Made by a program: the position numbers and the translations under genes. Shown in pieces: positions 18,485 through 29,300 of a DNA stretch of 64,000 nucleotides. How positions within the stretch are numbered: the stretch's first letter is position 1; each line of letters opens with the position of its first letter. Origin of the DNA: a virus. The stretch lies in IMG/VR virus record IMGVR_UViG_3300036790_000396, positions 32,001-96,000 of that record; one strand, written 5' to 3'. The notes below the pieces were generated by a model. It saw nothing but the letters and a program-made list of their open reading frames with translations. It was not told the origin of the DNA and did no database searches.

Positions 18485-20516
18485 GCCCAGGCAGACCCCC
18501 CTGGAGAAGTTCCAGGAGGAGACCGACAAGCGCTACTCGGCCCAGGTCAAGGCTCCCGACGCCACCGCCGCGCGCTATGACGTGATCAGCACGGGCGTGT
18601 GGTCCCTGGACCGGGCGCTCATTCACGGCGGCTGGATCCGCGGCCGGATCCACGAGCTGGTCGGCCCCCCGGACAGCGGGAAAGGCCATCCTCTCGGCAC
18701 GAGGATCATGACTCCCTCCGGATGGGAGAAGCTGGGCAATCTCCGTCCTGGAGATGAAGCATCAGGATCAGACGGGAAGCCCACCCGGATATCTGATGTT
18801 TACAAGCGCGGCGTGCTGCCGGTGTACCGGGTCACCTTTTCGGATGGGGCGTCCGTACGGTGCGACGGTGATCATCTGTGGCGCGTGCAGACTCCCAAGA
18901 TGAAGAACACTTCCGGTGGCTCCTACGTGAAGTCCGTCAGGGATATTGCTTCCGGGTCTCTGCTCACTTCTGACGGCAGGAAGAAATGGTGGATCCCGGT
19001 CTGCTCCCCGGTATGGCATCCTCAGTCAGAGCTTCCCGTAGATTCTTACCTGGCCGGAGTTCTCCTGGGAAACGGTGGCTTCACGAGCAGAGGCTCTCTC
19101 GCTCTGCACTGGGATGACAGGAACATAATAGAGAGGATCGAGAGGAGGACTGGCCTGCGCGCTTCTGAATATAACCCTACTACTGCTCTCCGCTTCTACT
19201 TCCCGGGGAGTCCGTCGATGATAAGGAAACTCGGGCAGGAAGGGTGCAAGAGCGCTGATAAATTCATTCCTGAAGAATATCTTCGCGCTTCTGAACAGGA
19301 CAGGCGAGATCTCCTTGCCGGCCTGATGGACACGGACGGATCAGTTGTTCCTATTTCTAGCAACTCCGCCGGAAACGCTAGCTTCAGCTCTACGAGCCGC
19401 GATCTGGCAGAAGGCGTAATAGAAATAGTAAGGTCTCTCGGAGGAATATCCAGGATATACGAGAATACCTACGGAGACAGGGAAAACATTCTCTACGAAG
19501 TGTCTGTTCTTCTCCCTGAATGCCCTTTCTACTCTCCCCGCAAGGCTGAGAAATGGACGCCTCCCAAGCGCGGGATATCACGGGCCATCACGTCCGTCGA
19601 GCTTGAGTCTGAAGAGGAGGTCTGGTGCATCCGGGTAGAAGCAGATGATTCCCTTTACATTACTGAGGATTACCTGGTCACGCATAACACCACTCTCATG
19701 ATCAGCACCGCCGTGCAGGCCCAGGCCCTGAAGGACGGCCGGGCCGGGTACGTCGACATGGAGGGCACCTTCGATGACTTCTGGGCCCAGCAGAACGGCC
19801 TGGACCTGTCCCGGGGCAAGTGGGAGCACCAGTACCCCATGGACAGCGAGGACGCCTCGGACATGGCCCGCAAGCTCACCGGCAGCGGCCTGTTCCCCCT
19901 CGTCATCGTCGACTCGGTCGGTGGCATGGAATCCCGCAAGGCCCTCGCCCGCGACGCTGCCGACGACCTGGTCGGGAAGAACGCCCAGGTCATCAGCCGG
20001 ATGGTCAAGCACCTCGCCGCGCTGGCCCGCGAGGCGAACACTGCCGTGATCCTCGTCAACCAGCCGCGCTCCGCGATCGGCTCCATGGGCGGCGACGTCT
20101 CCGCCGGCCCGAAGGCGATGCAGCATTCCACCACCACCCGCGTCCAGATGGCGCGCTCCGGCGGTGGCGAGGGCTACGTGCAGATGGTGCTGGAGGAGGG
20201 CGAGAAGCCGGAGACCGTCTCCCAGGAGTTCACGGCCCGCATCACCCGGTCCAAGGCGTTCCCGGTCTCGCGCCGGGCCACGTTCTGGGTCAACAGGATG
20301 GACACCGGCGAGTACGGGCCCGCGGGCATCAACCACGTCCACGACTATGCCGAGACGGGCATCAAGGCGAAGGTGATCACCCAGTCGGGCTCGTTCTACA
20401 CGCTGCCCGGCGGCGGCAAGGTACAGGGGCGCAAGGCGGTCACCGAGCGCCTGCGCGACGACGAGAAAGAGCGCGCCCTGGTGCGCAGGCTGATCCTGGA
20501 GGCATCCAAGCTGTGA
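18474..20516 (+). CDS. recA: RecA/UvsX-like recombinase, intein-containing
   Basis: ISTG..LD.AL..GG..RGRI.ELVGPPDSGK|TT, YVDME, IVDSV, LVNQ.R, GPKA; GTG start with AGGAG. Confidence 0.93.
   Translation: MPAKPRQTPLEKFQEETDKRYSAQVKAPDATAARYDVISTGVWSLDRALIHGGWIRGRIHELVGPPDSGKGHPLGTRIMTPSGWEKLGNLRPGDEASGSDGKPTRISDVYKRGVLPVYRVTFSDGASVRCDGDHLWRVQTPKMKNTSGGSYVKSVRDIASGSLLTSDGRKKWWIPVCSPVWHPQSELPVDSYLAGVLLGNGGFTSRGSLALHWDDRNIIERIERRTGLRASEYNPTTALRFYFPGSPSMIRKLGQEGCKSADKFIPEEYLRASEQDRRDLLAGLMDTDGSVVPISSNSAGNASFSSTSRDLAEGVIEIVRSLGGISRIYENTYGDRENILYEVSVLLPECPFYSPRKAEKWTPPKRGISRAITSVELESEEEVWCIRVEADDSLYITEDYLVTHNTTLMISTAVQAQALKDGRAGYVDMEGTFDDFWAQQNGLDLSRGKWEHQYPMDSEDASDMARKLTGSGLFPLVIVDSVGGMESRKALARDAADDLVGKNAQVISRMVKHLAALAREANTAVILVNQPRSAIGSMGGDVSAGPKAMQHSTTTRVQMARSGGGEGYVQMVLEEGEKPETVSQEFTARITRSKAFPVSRRATFWVNRMDTGEYGPAGINHVHDYAETGIKAKVITQSGSFYTLPGGGKVQGRKAVTERLRDDEKERALVRRLILEASKL
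18684..19688 (+). mobile_element. Class 3-type intein (335 aa) with LAGLIDADG endonuclease, inserted in the RecA P-loop
   Basis: Starts with Gly (GHPLGTRIMTPSGW); block B DHLW, block F VWC, block G VTHN|T; YLAGVLLGNG and LLAGLMDTDG motifs. Confidence 0.9.
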
Positions 20517-21628
20517 CTGCAGACCGTACCAAAATGTCGAGAATGCACGAGGAGCATGTCTCCGAGCGCCTGGGAGGAAGCCGCCACAAGGGCAGCGGCA
20601 ACCAGTGGAACAGCCCCGGCGACGGCAGCGCCTCGGCCATGAAGCATCCCTACGGGTTCAACGTCGAGTGCAAGGCCACTTCCGGCAAGGCCGTCCCGAT
20701 GACCCGCGAGCTGGTGGAGAAGATCACCGAGGAGGCCAGCGGCGGCGACCGCCCGGCGATGGCGTTCCGCTGGTACGCGGACGAGTCGCTGCGCACCGTC
20801 GACCATGAGTGGTTCGCCCTCTCCTTCGAGGACTTCCTGGAGATCCTCCACGACGCCGGGCAGGCACAGCTGCTTGCCGGCCAGGTGACGGCCATGCAGG
20901 GCGAGCTGCAGGCCCTCCGGGCAGGGCAGGAATCTTCCCGGGCGCAGAGCGCCCGGGAGGTGATCACGAGCCTGCAGTCCGATCTTCGCGACCGCACGGC
21001 CGAGGTGCAGGATCTGCGCCGCCTGGCCGGGGAACACCAGTGCCCTCCTGCTGAGCAGGAATACCCGCGGCACGAGGGAGACATCACCGTCCTCGGCCCG
21101 GAGATCTTCGCTGACGCCGCGGGCGGCGTCATCGCGTGGAAGGGCGAGAACTATACCCGGCAGGCGGCTCCCGCGCCTCCCTCCGTCCCGGGGGACGGCA
21201 CGCGCTTGCTGCTGGACGAGATCCGCGCTCTCCAGGAGCGCGGGGATGCGTACGCGAGCCAGATCATAGCCCTGGAGGAGCAGCTAAGCGCCCTGGCGCT
21301 CCGCGCAGCCGTCGCCGAGCGCGGTCCTGCCGCCCCGCAGTCCGTGGCCGCGCCGAGCAGCGCCCTCCTGGAGATGCGGGAGGTGTTCGAGCCTTCTCCG
21401 CAGCTGTACCCCTGGACGGTGATCGACTTGCGCAATGGCGTTCACGCCGCCGAGCATGTCCTCCGCGCCTGGCACGTGGACGCCCGCGGCGAGGTGAGCC
21501 GGCTGGAGGCGCGCACGGTGCGGATCGATTCCGTCTCCGGCGGCAGCCGCCTGATGCTCAACGACGAGATAGTGCACCGCGGCACGCTGCTCGTCAACGG
21601 GCGCGTCTACTACCCGGTGCCGGCCTGA
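20513..21628 (+). CDS. Hjc-like PD-(D/E)xK Holliday junction resolvase with long C-terminal extension
   Basis: HEEHVSERLGG...GSG...GD...VECKAT; GTGA overlap with recA. Confidence 0.7.
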   Translation: MTADRTKMSRMHEEHVSERLGGSRHKGSGNQWNSPGDGSASAMKHPYGFNVECKATSGKAVPMTRELVEKITEEASGGDRPAMAFRWYADESLRTVDHEWFALSFEDFLEILHDAGQAQLLAGQVTAMQGELQALRAGQESSRAQSAREVITSLQSDLRDRTAEVQDLRRLAGEHQCPPAEQEYPRHEGDITVLGPEIFADAAGGVIAWKGENYTRQAAPAPPSVPGDGTRLLLDEIRALQERGDAYASQIIALEEQLSALALRAAVAERGPAAPQSVAAPSSALLEMREVFEPSPQLYPWTVIDLRNGVHAAEHVLRAWHVDARGEVSRLEARTVRIDSVSGGSRLMLNDEIVHRGTLLVNGRVYYPVPA

Positions 21629-22404
21629 TGCCGTCCTTCTCCAGGCCGCCGGACCTGGGCGCGGCAGGCTGCCTCGTCAAGCCGGTCCTCATGGCGTTCA
21701 TGTGCTCCGACCAGGCCGCCGAGCTGAAGGTACGCGCCGGGAAACCGGTCGAGCGCGCTCCGGACCGGTGGTTCCACTGCAGCACCCACGCGGTGATGCC
21801 CGAGGACAGGCTCGTCGCCTACCTCCGGCAGCCGGCGGAGACGCCCCCGGCCTCGCGGGACTATCCCCTGTCGATGTCGTTCGCGATGGGCACGATCATG
21901 GGGGACGTCGCCCGCCAGGTCCTGGAGAAGACCGGCTTCGCGATCGTGCCGTCCCGGGAGCCCTGCGATGTCTGCGGCCAGCAGCGCCCGAAGTGCCGCG
22001 AGCACGCGGCCAGCCAGCCGGAGCTGCGCTCCCGCGGCCACCTGGACAGCATCCTCAACTTCACCGGGCTGCCGACGGAGGGAATGCCGCGCACTGTCGC
22101 CGGGATGAATGAAGCGGGTATTATGTCCCTTCTACACGGTTATGATCACAAAACTGCCAACCCGATGACGCTGCGGGAGCTGCCCGAGATGGACGAGGAG
22201 GCGTTCAAGGCGAAGTACCCGAAGTACTGGTGGCAGTTCCAGGAGTACATGCGGCTGACCGGGCTGCGGAAGTACATCTGCCTCATCCAGGCCCTGGGCA
22301 GCCCGTGGACGGTGAAGGAGTACCACATCCCCTTCGACCCGGACGCTGCCGCCGACATCGAGCGCCGCTACAAGGGAGCCCTGGTGGCCTGTGGACTTGC
22401 CTGA
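21628..22404 (+). CDS. PD-(D/E)xK (Cas4/RecB-like) exonuclease
   Basis: FHCS, GT..G, GHLD, DHKT, WQFQEYM (QxxxY motif). Confidence 0.7.
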   Translation: MPSFSRPPDLGAAGCLVKPVLMAFMCSDQAAELKVRAGKPVERAPDRWFHCSTHAVMPEDRLVAYLRQPAETPPASRDYPLSMSFAMGTIMGDVARQVLEKTGFAIVPSREPCDVCGQQRPKCREHAASQPELRSRGHLDSILNFTGLPTEGMPRTVAGMNEAGIMSLLHGYDHKTANPMTLRELPEMDEEAFKAKYPKYWWQFQEYMRLTGLRKYICLIQALGSPWTVKEYHIPFDPDAAADIERRYKGALVACGLA

Positions 22405-22669
22405 CCCGCGCAGCCCCGGTATCCCCCCGTCCGGAACCCCGGAGCACGCCTGGTGGAAGCGCGGGGCGCAGGACGAGGCCGCCGCCGTCAGCGACGGCAT
22501 CAGCGATGCCAGCCAGCAGGTGATCGAGTACGCGCGTGTTCTTGCGCGCGCCCGGCCCGAGTGGACTTCTGAGCGGCTCGCACAGGCAATCGTGGCTGTC
22601 TTCGCCCCGTCGCTGCTGCGCCGGAGGTACCGCGCCCGTTCTTCCTGCCGCTGGCCCCGCCGTGGGTGA
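22391..22669 (+). CDS. hypothetical protein
   Basis: Overlaps both neighbours in operon fashion. Confidence 0.55.
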   Translation: MDLPDPRSPGIPPSGTPEHAWWKRGAQDEAAAVSDGISDASQQVIEYARVLARARPEWTSERLAQAIVAVFAPSLLRRRYRARSSCRWPRRG

Positions 22670-23273
22670 ATGGGAGCAGGAGGTCCGCGGGCAGCTGGCT
22701 GCCGTGCCCGTGCCTGCGCCGTGGGAGCCGCCGCAGCTCGCGGACTTCCGCCGCGACCACGAGACGATCGCCTTCGACCCGTCGCTGTCCTCGACCGGAT
22801 GGGTGCACTTCTGCGTGACCGCCGCTGCCGGCCTCCAGGTCTACGGGCACGGCACCCTGCGCGCGTCCTCGGACCGAACTGGGTACTGGGGCACCTACGA
22901 CAAGGCCCTGCAGATCAGTGACCAGGCGCAGGACGCTCTCATCACCGCCGCGCAGAAGGCGCTGCGCAGGGGGCGCACGGCAGACCGGGTATGGGAGGCT
23001 CCCGCTGTCCGCGGGCACCGCACCGAGTCCAGCCTCATCGCCGGGTACGCCGTCTGGCAGGCGTCCGGGTGCCACGGCACGACCGTGAACGCCCAGCACG
23101 CCAGCCGGGTGCTGTGCGGCAACCCGCGCCATGACAAGAAAGAGATCGGCGCCGCCGTCGCCCGCTACGTGCCGGAGACGGCGCGGCGGCCGTGGACAGA
23201 GCACGAGAGAGACGCTTTCGCCGTCGGCCTGGCCTACCTCTGGGACCTGGAGCACCCTGGTAAGCTTTCCTAG
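22662..23273 (+). CDS. ruvC: RuvC-like resolvase
   Basis: IAFDPSLSSTGW, VWE, G...DKKEI, HERDA.A. Confidence 0.8.
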   Translation: MGEWEQEVRGQLAAVPVPAPWEPPQLADFRRDHETIAFDPSLSSTGWVHFCVTAAAGLQVYGHGTLRASSDRTGYWGTYDKALQISDQAQDALITAAQKALRRGRTADRVWEAPAVRGHRTESSLIAGYAVWQASGCHGTTVNAQHASRVLCGNPRHDKKEIGAAVARYVPETARRPWTEHERDAFAVGLAYLWDLEHPGKLS

Positions 23274-23285
23274 GATTTATTGTTA
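23268..23285 (+). promoter_or_regulatory. Degenerate operator copy TCCTAG-gattta-TTGTTA
   Basis: AT-rich intergenic match to the spacer and right half-site. Confidence 0.4.
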
Positions 23286-23302
23286 CACAAGAAAGAGGCA
23301 CT

Positions 23303-23533
23303 GTGGGAGCCGTGGAAAAGCGCATCGTCACCATCACCTGCGATACCCCGGGCTGCATCATGCAGTTCACTACCGAGGACGTCCCGTCCTCGTCTTTCCG
23401 CACCGCGCGCAGGCAGGCCGCCGCCCAGGGATGGACCTGGCTGCGCAGCCCGCGCGACGGCGTGTACGCCGACACGTGCCCGGTGCACGTCCTGCTCGCG
23501 GCCCAGGGCGCCCCGGACAGGGCGGCCTCCTGA
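23303..23533 (+). CDS. small Zn-binding hypothetical protein
   Basis: TCDTPGC...GW...DTCPVH. Confidence 0.7.
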   Translation: MGAVEKRIVTITCDTPGCIMQFTTEDVPSSSFRTARRQAAAQGWTWLRSPRDGVYADTCPVHVLLAAQGAPDRAAS

Positions 23534-24240
23534 TGCCCGCCCGCAAGCCCCGCGGCAGCGAGGACCAGAAGGCGGACCAGGTTGAGCGCGTCCTGAAGGA
23601 CGCCGAGGGCACCGTCGACGCTCCCGACGGTCCCGTCGAGCCCGACATTGCGCCGGACCGCACCAGGTTCAGCCGGCTGAACTTCTCCCGCATGAAGCTG
23701 GCCTGGAACCCGTCTGAGATGGTGCTGATGCAGCAGATCGGCCTCATGGCCGACCGGGCGCTGAAGGATGCCTTCCCGGACGTGTACTGGTTCCTTGACA
23801 CCGAGCTGTACCCCCTCGTCCGCGAGCCGGCCGTCAATGAGGCAGGGGAGCAGGCCCGGAGCCCTCTCGGGCTCCTGGAGTGGCAGCGCGACGAGCACGG
23901 CCACTACATCGAGCGCTGGGCGCGCATCACCGACGGCGACCGGAGGCAGCTGCTGCACGTGATCACTGTCAGCCTGATCGCCTGGCGCCAGCAGCGCGAC
24001 ATGATGTGGTCCTCGGCGATGTTCGCGAAAGGACAGTGGGAGGAAGTGTATGCGAGGGGATACATAGAGCCAGAAGGAAGCAAGCTCACCATCGACGACC
24101 GCACGAACATGGCGAGAAGCTCCAGCATGGATCAGAGATATTTCGCGATCTTCGAGTCCGTGCTGTCCCGCCGCGCCGACTCTCTCGTGAAGTCAATGGA
24201 GCGTATCGAGGAGATGCTGCTGAAGACGGTGGGCTCGTGA
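23533..24240 (+). CDS. hypothetical protein
   Basis: TGATG coupling; strong codon bias. Confidence 0.8.
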   Translation: MPARKPRGSEDQKADQVERVLKDAEGTVDAPDGPVEPDIAPDRTRFSRLNFSRMKLAWNPSEMVLMQQIGLMADRALKDAFPDVYWFLDTELYPLVREPAVNEAGEQARSPLGLLEWQRDEHGHYIERWARITDGDRRQLLHVITVSLIAWRQQRDMMWSSAMFAKGQWEEVYARGYIEPEGSKLTIDDRTNMARSSSMDQRYFAIFESVLSRRADSLVKSMERIEEMLLKTVGS

Positions 24241-24536
24241 GGGATCCCGAATGGATGATCATCGGCATCCGCGACACTCTTCCTGACGGCACGGAGAGGG
24301 TGATGCTGACCGCCAGTTCCTCAGTGCGGCAGTTCGAGATGAAAACCAGCCTGGGAATGATCTCCTCGGCCTTCGGCTCGGCCTGGAGCTTCTCCTGCAT
24401 GCTGGGCGATTTCACGGTCGCGTACGGTAATGATTACGCCGAGGCACTGTCGAGGCTGTTCGGCACCTGGCAGCCTCCGGAGGCTTCCCCGGACGTGAAA
24501 GGGATCACTCAGGGTCCCGGAGAGCTTCCCGCATAA
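24237..24536 (+). CDS. hypothetical protein
   Basis: GTGA overlap with the upstream stop. Confidence 0.65.
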   Translation: MRDPEWMIIGIRDTLPDGTERVMLTASSSVRQFEMKTSLGMISSAFGSAWSFSCMLGDFTVAYGNDYAEALSRLFGTWQPPEASPDVKGITQGPGELPA

Positions 24537-24645
24537 GCTGCTATCTGCGGATAAATATCCTTGCCTGCGGCGACACGCGGTGCCGTTTTACGGTCCCCGT
24601 CTATGCTCATCCTTCCGAGGTGTTGCATACTCATGACAATGAATC

Positions 24646-25023
24646 ATGTCAGGAGGCCCCAGGTTGACCGATCCCGCTTACCTCGGCAGCATGCTCGCGC
24701 ACCTGCAGGACTTCCGCGTGCTGCACGAGACTGAGGGGATCAGTTTCCTCACCGGCCCGGGGGGAGAGACGTGGTCGCTCGCGGACATGGACCGCCTCGC
24801 CGCCCTGGCACCGCTGTTCCTGCCGGCGTGCCAGGCCGGGGCGGTCGAGGCGGCTATTGCGGGCCTGGACCCGCTGCCGTGCCTGCCGTCCGCGGTTTCC
24901 TCCCTCTCTCGCCTGTATGACATGGAGGGAATATGGAGGGAGACTCATGGGCCTGTACGAGATATCACCGGAGTTCGATGGCAGCCTGATCCCTGTCCCG
25001 GTCATCAAAGCGAGGCTGCGTAA
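24646..25023 (+). CDS. hypothetical protein
   Basis: First ORF after an intergenic gap; 125 aa. Confidence 0.6.
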   Translation: MSGGPRLTDPAYLGSMLAHLQDFRVLHETEGISFLTGPGGETWSLADMDRLAALAPLFLPACQAGAVEAAIAGLDPLPCLPSAVSSLSRLYDMEGIWRETHGPVRDITGVRWQPDPCPGHQSEAA

Positions 25024-25330
25024 CGGCACCTGCCGTGCCCTCGAAGACGCCGCTGACGAGTGGCTTTTCGGCTCCCTGAAGGGCGTCACCTCCCGCTCGG
25101 CCAAGGCTGACATCCTCACGCCCTGGAAGGCCGAGGACCGCGAGAAGCGCGAGATCCTCACCGGCACCGGCTACGCCGACCCTGCCGTGCGCCGCGGCAT
25201 GTACCACCGGGCCTGGAACAGCCGCCATGCCCACCTCAACAGCCGCGACGGCCACTACCCGTCGCGCCGCATTCCCGACTCGCCGGACTTCGCCTCCTCG
25301 GACGGCGATTACGACGCGCTAGCCGAATGA
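24947..25330 (+). CDS. hypothetical protein
   Basis: GGAGGGAG RBS before ATG 24947. Confidence 0.75.
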   Translation: MGLYEISPEFDGSLIPVPVIKARLRNGTCRALEDAADEWLFGSLKGVTSRSAKADILTPWKAEDREKREILTGTGYADPAVRRGMYHRAWNSRHAHLNSRDGHYPSRRIPDSPDFASSDGDYDALAE

Positions 25331-25953
25331 CCCGCACCGTTCCCGTCATGATCGACGGCGTCGAGCACCAGAAAGAGCACGACGACGCGTGCCCGGTGTG
25401 CGTCCATCCCCTGGGATTCCGCTCCGAGGGGCTCATCGCCCGGGGCCAGTCTTACGCGAAGGTCAGCGAGTTCACCCGCGAGTCCGGCGAGAGAGTCCTC
25501 ACGCCGTCCCAGCTCCGCGCGCACCTGCCGCACATGGTGGCGTTCCAGCGCATCGAGCGCGAGGCCCTCGACGCCGCCTCCGGCAGCCTCAACGACGAGC
25601 GCGGCTCCCTCGTCACGCCGGCCCAGCTGACGCGCCTGGCGCTGCAGAAGGCGTACGAGCGCCTCGCTGACGGCGCCGAGGTGCAGGTCCGCGACATCAC
25701 GGCGCTGCTGCGGCTGGAGCAGCAGGCCCAGGCCGGCGAGTCGGATGCCCGTGCCACGTCCCTGCAGTGGGAGTCTGCCGTCCGCGAGCTGATGTGGATC
25801 GTGCACCGGCACCTGCGCGGGGGCGCCTGGGGCGCGTTCATCGCCGACGTGAAGAACAGCGAGACCCTCAATGCCCTGATGCCCCAGTCCCCGGAAGGAG
25901 AGAAGTCTTCTCCGGCCGAAGGGAACGCGAGTGGCAGTCCAGCAGGAGCCTGA
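25327..25953 (+). CDS. Zn/HTH protein, candidate terminase small subunit
   Basis: CPVCVHP...GQSYAKVS...QLRAH..H followed by helical region; two genes upstream of terL. Confidence 0.5.
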   Translation: MTRTVPVMIDGVEHQKEHDDACPVCVHPLGFRSEGLIARGQSYAKVSEFTRESGERVLTPSQLRAHLPHMVAFQRIEREALDAASGSLNDERGSLVTPAQLTRLALQKAYERLADGAEVQVRDITALLRLEQQAQAGESDARATSLQWESAVRELMWIVHRHLRGGAWGAFIADVKNSETLNALMPQSPEGEKSSPAEGNASGSPAGA

Positions 25954-26347
25954 TCTTTTCAACCTGCTCGATTCGGAGGTTGACCAGATCCACATGGTGC
26001 TCGATGCGATGCGCCGCAAGTACGAGGGATCGGCGCATAACTACGAGACGTTCAGCCGCGAGGCGGAAGACCGGTTCGGGAAGCTCGGCTTCACCGTCAG
26101 CGTGAAGTGGTACGAGTACTCCGTGGAGGGCGCGAGGCAGGAGGGCGCCATGCCGGAGATCGAGATCACCGGCCGCACCGCCCCGAAGGCATTCGACCAC
26201 GACCAGATGGTGCACGAGGTCACGAATGACATCCTCGGCCTGGGTGACAAGGGCGTGATCACGACCGACCGCGACACCCTGAAGAACTTCCTGGGCAGCG
26301 GCCAGGGCAGCCACTCCCACGGCGACGGACACGCCCACTCCCACTAG
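25931..26347 (+). CDS. hypothetical protein with His-rich C-terminus
   Basis: Ends SHSHGDGHAHSH. Confidence 0.75.
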   Translation: MAVQQEPDLFNLLDSEVDQIHMVLDAMRRKYEGSAHNYETFSREAEDRFGKLGFTVSVKWYEYSVEGARQEGAMPEIEITGRTAPKAFDHDQMVHEVTNDILGLGDKGVITTDRDTLKNFLGSGQGSHSHGDGHAHSH

Positions 26348-26349
26348 CG

Positions 26350-29300
26350 ATGACCTCCGGCTTCTGGGACATCGTGCAGGAGGCCGACGGCCTGCCGATC
26401 CCCGACATCATCACCTTCACCACCGGGCCGCAGTGGCTCGCGCGCCCGAACCTGTACCCGCGGCAGGCCACCCTGCTGAAGGTGATCTTCCTCCGCTCGG
26501 ACCTGTTCACCGACTATGACCGCCAGGTCATCGGCGAGTGGATCGCCGCGTTCGGGGCCACCAACCCCAACGCGGGCGGCGACAACAAGTTCGAGGCGCA
26601 CACCAACGGAATCCAGCCTGACATCTACGAGCGCATCGAGTGGCTGCGCGCTCACGGCTACCGCTGGTTCAAGGAAGTCATTCTCGCGATCGGCCGCCGC
26701 GGGTCGAAGGGCTATACCTGCGCGATTGCCATGGCCTACGTGCTGTACCACTACCTGGCCAAGGGCAACCCGCAGGACTACTACGGGATCATGGACGACA
26801 AGGTCATCCAGGCGCTGATCTTCGCCGGAAAGAAAGACCAGGCCAAGGCCAACCTGTGGGGCGACCTCAACAATGTCATCACCGCGGCGCCGTGCTTCAC
26901 CGATTACATCTCGACTCCCCAGGCCGAGTCGCTGACCGTGTTCGCCCCGCATGACTTCGCCCGGATCGAGGCGATGGCCGCCCGCGGCATCCGGTCGACG
27001 AAGGACATGGCCAGCTTCGCCGTGCTGCCCAAGGAGTCCACGCTCCTGTCGAGCCGCGGCCCGACCACCGCGATCCTCGGTTTCGACGAGGCCGCGCACG
27101 TCAAGAACTCCGGCACGTCCCGCTCGTTCGGCGACGTCTACAACGCCGCCACCCCGAGCCTCGACCAGTTCGGCGCCGACGCCTTCATCTGCATCCCGTC
27201 CTCCACCTGGGAGATGACGGGCATGTTCTACGAGCTGTGGGTCCAGTCCCTGTCGGCCGAGCCCGACGCCTCGGGCGCGATGCATGGCATCTACGCCAAC
27301 AAGCTCATGGTCCAGCTGGAGTCCTGGGCGCCGTACATCGACTGGGAGCGCGCCCCGGAGCTGCCGCTGTTCCCGCCGGATTTCAGGGGGGACCTCGGCG
27401 AGTACTCCGACGGCAACCTCCCCCGCCTGCGGGAGATGCGCGGCCCGATCCAGTCCTATGACGATGAAATGCGCCGTCTTGAGCGTGCTAATCCCGATAT
27501 GTTCGCAGTCGAGCGCCGATCTCACTGGGCGACCAGCCTCGACGCCTACCTGAACCCGACGAAGGTCGACGAGATCTTCCATCCCTGGGCGGAGCGCAGC
27601 CCCCGGTTCGGCCCTCCGGAGATCAGCGCCCAGCAGCGCGGCATCATGACCATGAGCTACCGCGCCCACGGGGATCCGAGTAATGTCGGAGCGCGCTTCG
27701 GATTTGCAATTGCCCATAAAGAGCCTGATGATAGCGGGATGCAGCATTGCCTGGGCGCTGAGACGCGCTACCTCACTGACAAAGGAGTCAGGACCCTCGG
27801 AGAGACGGCAGGGACGGTGCAGAATGTTCTCACCTCTGATCATGAGGGAGGATTTACCGGAAAATGGGTTAAAGCAGAAATAAAGTCATTCGGGGTACAG
27901 AAGCTTTACAAGGTTACTCTGCAGCGCAACAAGAAAGAAAAGGTAATATACGCCACTGAGGGTCACCGGTGGATCGGGAGGACTGCCGGGCGTCCTGCTT
28001 CAGTGAGAAGTACTTCTGGCCTGAAGAGAAGCTCCCCGTTCTCCCTGACCGCTACTTTCACGCCCGGATGTGATGCCGGACTGACTCCGGATGAGGCCGG
28101 GATACGGCACGGAATGATGACCGGGGACGGAACCGTCTACGATGGTTACGGAGTGCTGCGGCTATTCGGTAAGAAAATAGAGCTTTCCAGGTATTTCGAG
28201 GATCTTGCGGGATATAAGCCCCGCTACTCATCTCTTCCCAGCGGATGCCCCGCCCTGTTCATGAACGGGATCGGCCGCCTCCTGACGAGAAAGAGCCCTC
28301 CCTTGCAGGAGGAAAGCGACGAGTATCTCCTCGGATGGCTATGCGGCTACTTCGCTACAGACGGGAACATTAACGAGCAGGGACAGGCGAGGATCTCATG
28401 CGCTGACAGGAACATCCTGGAAGAAACTCGCAGCATCGCGCAGCGCATAGGAATATCCTGCTACGGAATATCCGAAACAGTACGGCGGGGACTCGGGAAA
28501 GAAAATACCTCTCTTTACACGATTGAATTTATCGTCCCGACTCTTCCGGGAGCATCGTTCTTCATAAGATCGGATCAGAGAGAACGTTATGAGGCCGCCT
28601 GGGTAGAGAAGAAAAAGAAATTCCTCCAGGTTTCCTGGCGAGTGCGCTCCGTGGAGCCCACGGACCGTTGCGAGGAGGTATTCTGCGCCGTCGTGCCGGG
28701 AACGCAGGCATTCGTGCTGGAAGACAACGTGCTCACGGGAAACTGCGTTTTCGACCTAGTTAAATACTGGGACCCGGCCGACTACGAAGATCACTTCATC
28801 GACTATGACGAGGTAACCGACTGGATATTCACTAACGGAGTGAAGCCGTTCTGTCCTTCGCTCCTGACGTTCGACCAGTTCAATGTTCCGGCTACGGTCC
28901 GCGTGCTGCAGAAGAAAGTGCGGCAGGAGCGCCTGCCGAAGCAGGTAATGGTCGACGAGCGCGTCGCCACGCGGGATAACAGCTGGCGTGCCTACGAGAC
29001 GTTCAAGGGCGCCGTGAACATGGGATTCGTGCACGCGCCCTTCCATGAGGAAGCGCGTGACGAGCTGAAGTTCCTGCAGAAGAAAGCGGGAGCGCCGGTC
29101 GTAATACCGCCTGATTCCGGCCCTGTCGTGACAAAAGACATAGCCGACTGCATGGCCATCATCGTCTACGAGCTGATCGGCGACCAGATGGCCATGCTGG
29201 ACGACACCCTGGGCGGCATGCTCCCGGTCGGCGCGATGCACACGTCCGATACGGACCCCATGAACCGCTTCGATCCCGGCATGTCCGCTGCCAACCCTTA

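Noticed and set aside
407-22404. DinG plus a Cas4-like nuclease as a type IV CRISPR system
   Set aside because: No repeat-spacer array and no Csf/Cas7-like genes; the two genes are about 19 kb apart in a replication context
24646-25023. Possible sigma-factor region 4-like late regulator
   Set aside because: Only a weak LP..Q..AV resemblance; no complete HTH visible; needs an HMM search
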